Source of the DNA: Selaginella moellendorffii | Taxonomy: Eukaryota > Plantae > Lycopodiophyta | DNA: 64,000 bases | Direction of reading: 5' to 3' | Assembly: GCF_000143415.4 (NCBI RefSeq) | Contig: NW_003314314.1 | Location: 935,771-999,770 of the forward strand | In this document: piece after piece, positions 56,504 through 64,000 of the stretch | Layout: each line of letters starts with the position of its first letter | Position numbering within the stretch: position 1 is the stretch's first letter | Notes under the pieces: generated by a model | What the model was told of the DNA's origin: nothing | The model's input: only the letters and a program-made list of their open reading frames with translations | The model's database searches: none | Made by a program: the position numbers and the translations under genes

Positions 56504-59500
56504 ATGGCGATGGAGGCGATGGAGGACGATCCCAAGCTGCCGGAGCTCAAGCTAGGTGCGCCTCGCCCGCGGTATTCTAATGTACTCCTTGCCTCAATTG
56601 TTTCCTCGCAGATGCGAAGCAAGCTCAGGGTTTCATCAAGTTCTTTCGCAAGCTGCCAGAGGTAATCATCCAGTTCTTATGTTTTCTTCCTTGATCTTCT
56701 TGCGCTGGTCACACAGGATCCATCAGTGATTCGGTTCTTCGATCGACGGGTAAGTGCTTGAGTTTTTGGTTTTCCCTTTCATCAAGAGTTCTACATTTTT
56801 CTTTTCAGGACTATTTCACTGCCCACGGGGACAATGCTAGTCTTATCGCCAGGCTCTACTATCGAACCACGACCGCTCTTCGTCAGGTTGGATCTGGGTC
56901 TGATACTCTCTCCAGCGTAAGCATCAGCAAGAGCATGTTTGAGGTGATCACTCGGGACGTCCTGCTGGAGAAGACCGAGTACAACGTGGAGCTCTACGAA
57001 GGCAGTGGAGGAAACTGGAAGCTCGCAAAGTCCGCAACTCCGGGAAAGCTTGGGAGCTTCGAAGACGTCTTGTTCTCGAGCATCGACATGCACGACACGC
57101 CGGTGGTGATGGCAGTCTGGACAGTCGCCCGTGATCAAGAGCAGCTCGTCGGCATAGCCTTCACGGATATGACGAGAAGGACGCTGGGCACACTAGAGTT
57201 TCTAGACGACGATCAATACACAAACTTGGAGTCGGCTCTGCTCGCTCTGGGATGCCGGGAGTGCGTTCTTCCTGCGGAAAATGCCAAGAGCGTCGACGGT
57301 CGGAGACTCCGAGACGTGCTGGCTCGATGCAACGTGCGACTGACTGAGAAGAAGAAGGCGGAGTTTAAGTCCCGAGACATCGAGCAAGATCTAAGCCGGC
57401 TTATCAAGAGTACATCGGTTGAGGAGCTCCGAGAACTCGTTGTCAAGTATGAAGTTGCGTCAGCGGCATTAGCAGCTCTACTTGCGTACACCGATATCTT
57501 CGCAGACGACAGTAATCACGGGAAGTATAGGCTTCAGCAGTACAGCCTCGACAGATACATGCGGCTGGACGCGGCCGCATTGCGAGCGCTGCACGTACTC
57601 GAGTCCAAGAATGATCCGAACAAGAACTCGACCCTCTTTGGACTGATGAATCGCACGTCCACTGCTGGGATGGGCAAGAGGCTACTGAACAGGTGGCTGA
57701 AGCAGCCTCTACTTGACGTCGATGAGATCAAACACAGGCATGACGTCGTCCAGATGTTTGTAGAAGACGCCGAGCTGCGGGAAAGTTTAAAGAACTGCCT
57801 CAAACGTGTGCCGGATGTTGAGCGCCTGACACGGAAGCTCGAGAGGTCGAGAGCTACGTTGCAAGACCTCGTGAAGCTTTATCAGGTTCGTAGTTATTGA
57901 ACACCTTGCTTACTGTGTCTGATCATTGGTATACAGGTAAGTGTTCGTCTCTCCGTCGTCAAAGATGCTCTTGAACGTTATGAAGGCGAGTTTGCGTCCG
58001 CCATCGAGGAACGGTACGTCGTTCCGTTGAGAGAGTGGACGCTTGCTGAACATCTCGGAAGATACGACGCACTGATCGAAAGCGCCATCGACCTGGATCA
58101 AATCAAGAATGGCGAGTACATCATTTCGGCATCATATGACAGCAGCTTAAAAACCATCAAAGCTGACCGTGATGCTGTGGAGGAAGAGATCCGTGAAGCT
58201 CATGAACAAGCCGCGAACGATTTGGATCTTCCTGCTGATAAGTCGCTGAAGCTGGACAAAACGACGCAGTGGGGGCACGTATTCAGGATCACGAAGAAGG
58301 AGGAGCCTAAAGTTCGCAAGAAACTTGCGGTGCAATACATCACCTTGGAAACTCGAAAGGATGGGATAAAGTTCACGACTTCCAAGCTTCGAAGGCTTAG
58401 CGAAAGATATGGGAACCTGACAGAAAATTACACCAACACTCAAAGGGATCTTGTTAAGAGGCTGGTTCAGGTTTCACAGAGCTACGTTGAGGTATGCTCG
58501 TCGATTCTTCTGCGTTGGTGATTTTATACGTTTTTTACTTACTGCAGATTTTTAATGGTGCGGCAAACCTGCTGGCGGAACTGGATGTCTTGTTAAGCTT
58601 TGCGGATCTGGCTGTAAGCAGTCCCACGCCTTACGTAAGGCCTATTATCACTGGACAGGTAAGTGCTGCAAACTTGTTATAAAAGTATACTAAGAAATTT
58701 CATTCATTTTACTAGAATGAGGGCGATATTATCTTGGAGGGAAGCAGGCATCCTTGCGTAGAAGCTCAAGATGACGTGAACTTCATCCCAAATGATTGTC
58801 GCCTGGTATTTGTGCTTAGACCCCTTCGATGTCTATGTGTTCTAATTGTTTCTTTACAATGCAGATTCGAGGCAAGAGCTGGTTTCAAATCATCACTGGG
58901 CCAAATATGGGAGGCAAATCAACGTATATCCGTCAGGTGAAGCTTAGAGTTTCTTACGTCTTACTCTGATACAAGCTCTTTTTATTTAGATTGGTGTGAA
59001 TATCTTGATGGCTCAAGTCGGCTGCTTTGTGCCCTGCTATCGTGCTGAAATCAGCATACGAAGTTGTATCTTCGCCCGGGTTGGAGCAGGAGACTGCCAG
59101 GTAACTCGGCTACGTCTTCAAGTTCTAGGAATAAAAACTTTTCCTGCAGTTGCGTGGTGTTTCAACGTTTATGGCAGAGATGCTCGAAACCTCAGCGATA
59201 TTAAAATCTGCAACTGAGACTTCTCTAATAATTGTTGACGAACTCGGCCGGGGTACCTCGACTTACGATGGATTTGGTTCGAGTTTGCTAACTGCAAGAT
59301 TTTCTAGTGCTCTCTAACGCTCTGTAACAATGGCAGGTCTGGCTTGGGCAATCTGTGAGTACATAGTGGATGTGACTAGAGCGCCAACTCTATTTGCAAC
59401 TCACTTCCACGAGCTCACGTCCATTTCTCATCGTCAAGGTCCATCAGCTCACGGTCCCAGCAAAGGTCCTCCTGTAGGAATCTCCAACTTTCACGTGAGC

Positions 59501-59944
59501 GCGCACATAGATCCCAGTTCCCGAAAGCTCACAATGCTTTACAAGGTACTCGCGTTTCTTCCTTTCTAATGGCTTTCGAGATCTGCTCCGTGAGTTCTTT
59601 CCCAGGTTGAAGATGGCCCTTGCGACCAGAGCTTCGGCATACACGTCGCGGAATTCGCTCGATTTCCAGAATGTGTCGTCGCGCTCGCCAAGCAAAAGGC
59701 TGCCGAGCTCGAAGACTTCTCGCCACAGGCGATTCTGGAGGACGAAGGCGACGCTGGAAGCAAGCGAAAGAGAAGCAGCAGTAGCAGCAGCAGCAGCGGG
59801 GACAAAGGCTGGAAATTCCTCAAGGGCTTTGCTGCGATGCCGCTGGATCAGATGAGCCACGAACACGCCTTGAAGAAGGTCCAGGAGCTCAAAGCCGAGT
59901 TCCTGGACGACCTTCCCGTCAACACTCTAGAAGCAGTAGCGTAA
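56504..59944 (+). CDS. MSH2: DNA mismatch repair protein MSH2, multi-exon
   Basis: [15 protein letters not shown]; RFFDRRDYFTAHG; YMRLDAAA; [13 protein letters not shown]; SRHPCVE; [12 protein letters not shown]; [14 protein letters not shown]; [10 protein letters not shown]. Confidence 0.96.
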
Positions 59945-60129
59945 AGGTCTATAATAGTCTCAAGGCACGTTGATTTTACAGGCTTTCGATTTCTTTAACA
60001 GTCTCCTCAAAGCTTCCTATACATATTTTGACTCTTCAAGAGTCGCTATTTAACGTTGGAATGGAAGTTAACGAAAAAACTTTGTCATACAAAAGGAGGA
60101 GGCCATTGAGGGGCAGAAAGTAGGTAGCA

Positions 60130-61672
60130 ATGTTTTGGGCAGTCGCGCTCTTCCTCTTCTCAGCTTTCATTCTCAAGCAATGGCTCTCCAGCAAATCTCT
60201 CAATCTTCCACCAGGTCCCAGAGGATTGCCTCTCATCGGCCACTTCCATCTCCTGGGCAGGCTCCCACACATCTCACTCCAGCAGCTCTCCAAGAGATAT
60301 GGACCCCTCTTTCACTTGCGCCTGGGATCTGTTCCTGTGTTCGTGGTCTCCAGTCCAGAAATGGCCAAGGAGTTTCTCAAGAACCACGACACGGAATTCG
60401 CCTATAGGCCTCGGAACAACGCGTCTCCATAGTCATGGATTGCAGGAGCATGTCTTTCTCGCCATATGGAGACTACTGGAAGAAGCTGAGGAAGCTCTGC
60501 GCCACGGAGATATTCACGGCCAAGAGGGTGAGTATGAACACGCAGATCATCCGGGACGAGCTCTGGGAGCTCAGTGGTGAGCTCTTGAGAGCTTCTAAGG
60601 CTGGCCAAGTTGTCGGAGTGAGACCACACTTGAGGGCGCTCAGCTTCAACGTCATGACTCGCATTCTGATGAAGAAGACGTACTTTGGATCCAAGGCCTC
60701 GGGCGATCCCGCTATTGCGAAGGAGGCCTCGAATTTCATAGCGATGATTGATGAAATCCTCGAGGTGGGAGCGGCTTTCTCGATCACTGACTATTTCCCC
60801 TACTTGAGCTGGCTCGACTTGGTTTCCCGCCGTGCAAAGGTGGCCGGGGATAAGATGAATGGCTTCTTGCAAAAGGTTTTGGACGAGCAGCGCCCCGGTG
60901 AGGTTCCCGATTTCGTGGAGATCACAAGGTCTCACATTGGAAACGATGCGGTCAATCTCAGAGCTCTACTCATGGTAAGTTACGAATCCATGATTTTCTC
61001 TGTGGAACTTACTTGATTGTTCTGTGATCTTGATAGGATCTACTGCTTGGTGGATCTGAAACATCATCCACTGTGACAGAGTGGGCTCTGGCGGAACTTC
61101 TTCACCACCCAGATTGGATGGTCAAAGCTCAGCAAGAGATTGAGAGTGTTGTTGGACGCACACGCATGGTCGAAGAGGGAGACATATCCAAGCTCGAGGT
61201 TTTGAATGCCATCATCAAGGAAACCTTTCGTCTCCACCCTCCAATTGCTTTGCTCGTACCACACGCATCGATGGAGGCCCAGAAAGTTGCAGGCTATGAC
61301 ATCTCCAAGAACGCAATGCTACTTGTGAATGTCTATGCGATAGGAAGAGACCCCCGAGTATGGTGTGATCCTCTGGAGTTCCAGCCCCAAAGATTCATGG
61401 GCAGCAACATCGGTGTCAATGGCCAAGACTTTGAGCTGCTTCCATTTGGATCTGGAAAGAGATCTTGCCCGGGGCTTCCTCTTGGTCTTAGAAACGTCCA
61501 GCTTGTTCTTTCCAATCTTCTTCATGGATTCCAATGGGAGTTCCCTGGAAGCCCAAAAGATCAACAAATGGGTGAAGTTACAGGACTCGTAAACTTTATG
61601 GCACACACTCTCAAAGCCAGGATCACTTCTAGGCTCAATGAAAGTGCCTACACCACTCTCAAGTTAATTTAA
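60130..61672 (+). pseudogene. CYP71-clan cytochrome P450, copy 1, with a 1-bp frameshift near 60423 (pseudogene or sequence error); one intron 60975-61037
   Basis: LPPGPRGLPLIGH; GGSETSS; ETFR; PQRF; FGSGKRSCPG. AACAACGCGTCTCC versus AACAACGTGGTCTCC in copy 2. Confidence 0.88.
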
Positions 61673-62137
61673 ACATTTTGATCACTATTTAAAGTGTTCA
61701 AATATAATATATCACATTATATTACTGGATTACTGGAACTCTGTAGATCTAAAATTGTAAATACATAAAATCAAAACTTTATCAACTAGCCTTATAATTT
61801 GGAAATAATTTTGTGTCAAGGATCTTGACATATAACCAAGTGGCAAATGCAACTGAACTAGCAAATCCTCTTGTCTGTGAAAAAATATGAAAATCCTAGA
61901 AACTTTGAATATCTATTTATGGCCAAACATCATCTTCCAGACTATAAGCACTGTTTGAAATGGGAACAAAATGCAGCCTATTTCTTCACCTGATGTCTCA
62001 AGTTTAGCTATGCTAGAAGCTTAATCATGCTGAATCTCCTGTGCTTATCAACACTCTATAAACTTCATTGTAGTATATTGACTCTAAACTATATACAAAG
62101 TGGAGGATAGCTCACTGTATAGTGTATCCACCAAACA

Positions 62138-62525
62138 ATCAGCTCACAGTCCCAGCAAAGGTCCTCCTATAGGAATTCCAACTTCCATGTGAGTGCATAC
62201 CTTCCCAATAGCTCACTTGACTTCATAATGGCTTGGAGTGCCGGGCTCCCCTTCAGCAGCACGAGGCTGTGCGCATGTCCGCCCCGTCTTCTTTTCAAGG
62301 TTCCATGCGGCCAGAGATTCGGCATACACGTTGCGGAATTTGCTCGATTTCCAGAATGTTTCGAGCAAAAGGCTCAAAAACTTATTGTCACGGGTAATAC
62401 AGGGATGAAGGTTGGAAATTCCTTAAGGGCTTTGCTGCATTGCTGCTGGATCAAATGAGCCATGAACATGCCTTGAAGAAGGTCCAGGATCTTAATGCCG
62501 AGTTCCTAGATGATCTTCCCGTCAT
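62138..62525 (+). pseudogene. Decayed duplicate of the MSH2 3' end
   Basis: ATCAGCTCAC.GTCCCAGCAAAGGTCCTCCT...TTCGGCATACACGT.GCGGAATT...CCTTGAAGAAGGTCCAGG matches 59443-59920. Confidence 0.88.
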
Positions 62526-62815
62526 TGACATGATTTTAAATTTCTTTCCTATTCCTATATAATTGCTGAATGGAAGTTAATGAAGTTTCTAGCGCTATAA
62601 AGCTTGACCTATTAAACGTATTACTTGAAATCATGTACTTAAAACTGCCATGTGTATTATTCACATTCCCATACTACCACGTTGTCAAAATTTTAAATTG
62701 CTTCTTGGCTATTGTGCATCGAGAATTGTGCAGATGAAAAAACTCTATGGTTTTTCTGTGGAAGTACAGCAATGTGGGGTGGCGGCTTTGCAGCAGCGCA
62801 GCACAACGGTGTTAG

Positions 62816-63170
62816 GGCAATCTGTGAGTACATAGTGGATGTCACTAGAGCACCAACTCTATTTGCAACGCACTTCCATGAGCTCACCATTTCTATCATC
62901 AAGGTCCATCAGCTCACGGTCCCAGCAGACGTCCTCCTGTAGGAATCTCCAACTTTCACGTGAGTGTGCACATAGATCCCAGTTCCCGAAAGCTCACAAT
63001 ACAAGGTACTCGCATATTTTCTTTCTAATGATCTGGTCCGTGAGTTTGTTTCCATGGCCCTTGCGACCAGAGCTTCTGCATACACGTTGCGGAATTCGCT
63101 TGATTTCCAGAATGTGTCGCCAAGTAAAAGGCTGCGGAGCTCGAAGACTTCTCGCCACAAGCGATTCTAG
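62816..63170 (+). pseudogene. Second decayed duplicate of the MSH2 3' region
   Basis: [24 protein letters not shown] identical to MSH2; matches 59347-59738 with deletions. Confidence 0.9.
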
Positions 63171-63359
63171 AAGATGATTTTCAAGGCTTTGAATTTCTTT
63201 GTTATTTAAAAAATTGTCGCAGCTTGGATTTCTTAAGAGTTTAGAAGAAATTTCAAAGTTGCCAAGCTTGGAAGTCAAAGGTCGGACATCTTCCATTTAA
63301 CATTGGAATGGAAGTACTCTCCAGCGCTCGGCTCTACAATTTAGGGGCAGAAAGTAGGA

Positions 63360-64000
63360 ATGTTTTGGGCGGTGCATATAGTGGTCTTCCTCCTCACTGC
63401 TTTCATCCTCAAGCAATGGCTCTCCAGAATATCTCTCAATCTTCCGCCAGGCCCCAGAGGATTACCTCTCATCGGCCACTTCCATCTCCTGGCCATGGGC
63501 AAGCTCCCACACATCGCACTCCAGCAGCTCTCCAAGAGATTTGGACCCCTCTTTCACTTGCGCCTGGGATCTGTCCCTGTGTTCGTGGTCTCCAGTCCAG
63601 AAATGGCCAAGGAGTTTCTCAAGAACCACGACACGGAATTCGCCTATAGGCCTCGGAACAACGTGGTCTCCATAGTCATGGATAGCAGGAGCATGTCTTT
63701 CTCGCCATATGGAGACTACTGGAAGAAGCTGAGGAAGCTCTGCGCCACGGAGATATTCACGGCCAAAAGGATGAGTATGAACACGCAGATCATCCGGGAC
63801 GAGCTGTGGGAGCTCAGTGGTGAGCTATTGAGAGCTTCTAAGGCTGGCCAAGTTGTCGGAGTGAGACCACACTTGAGGGCGCTCAGCTTCAACGTCATGA
63901 CTCGCATTCTGATGAAGAAGACGTACTTTGGATCCAAGGCCTCGGGCGATCCCGCTATTGCGAAGGAGGCCTCGAATTTCATAGCGATGATTGATGAGAT
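63360..64000 (+). CDS. CYP71-clan cytochrome P450, copy 2 (runs off the window)
   Basis: MFWAVHIVVFLLTAFILKQWLSRISLNLPPGPRGLPLIGH...; near-identical to copy 1 and frame intact to the window end. Confidence 0.9.
   Translation, partial: MFWAVHIVVFLLTAFILKQWLSRISLNLPPGPRGLPLIGHFHLLAMGKLPHIALQQLSKRFGPLFHLRLGSVPVFVVSSPEMAKEFLKNHDTEFAYRPRNNVVSIVMDSRSMSFSPYGDYWKKLRKLCATEIFTAKRMSMNTQIIRDELWELSGELLRASKAGQVVGVRPHLRALSFNVMTRILMKKTYFGSKASGDPAIAKEASNFIAMIDE

Noticed and set aside
51342-64000. Dit1-like gene plus P450s as a DIT1/DIT2-style biosynthetic cluster
   Set aside because: The P450s are ordinary plant CYP71-clan genes, not fungal CYP56. They lie 8 kb away behind PNGase A and MSH2, and the Dit1 copy is broken.

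Overview
Gene-dense plant nuclear DNA with very short (about 50-70 bp) GT-AG introns. This fits a compact lycophyte genome such as Selaginella; the species is inferred, not shown. Host genes in order: UTP23-like, TMA7, serine carboxypeptidase-like, a small secreted DY-motif peptide, HMGB7-type HMG-box, WAK-like kinase, mitochondrial SHMT, ABI3-like B3 factor, tRNA-Lys(CUU), plastid RPL18, fibrillin, eIF4A, ESF2/ABT1, two tandem PNGase A genes, MSH2, two CYP71-clan P450s, and several orphan genes. Two copies of one short-LTR (174-175 bp) Ty3/gypsy family are present: 1-4677 (+, cut by the window edge) and 33009-46481 (-, complete, 4-bp TSD). The second copy hosts two nested elements: a 626-bp Cassandra-type TRIM with 5S rRNA sequence in its LTRs, and a 7.7-kb non-coding LTR element whose post-PBS region resembles the Cassandra internal domain. 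Most notable: (1) an intronless, decayed fungal-type Dit1/PvcA isocyanide-synthase homologue at 51342-52133, a horizontal-transfer candidate; (2) the Cassandra/large-element relationship; (3) a G_GGA_AAC slippery site plus pseudoknot at the gag-pol junction of both gypsy copies; (4) a near-perfect inverted repeat with arms of about 290 bp. All alignments were done by eye and family names come from recalled motifs, not database searches.
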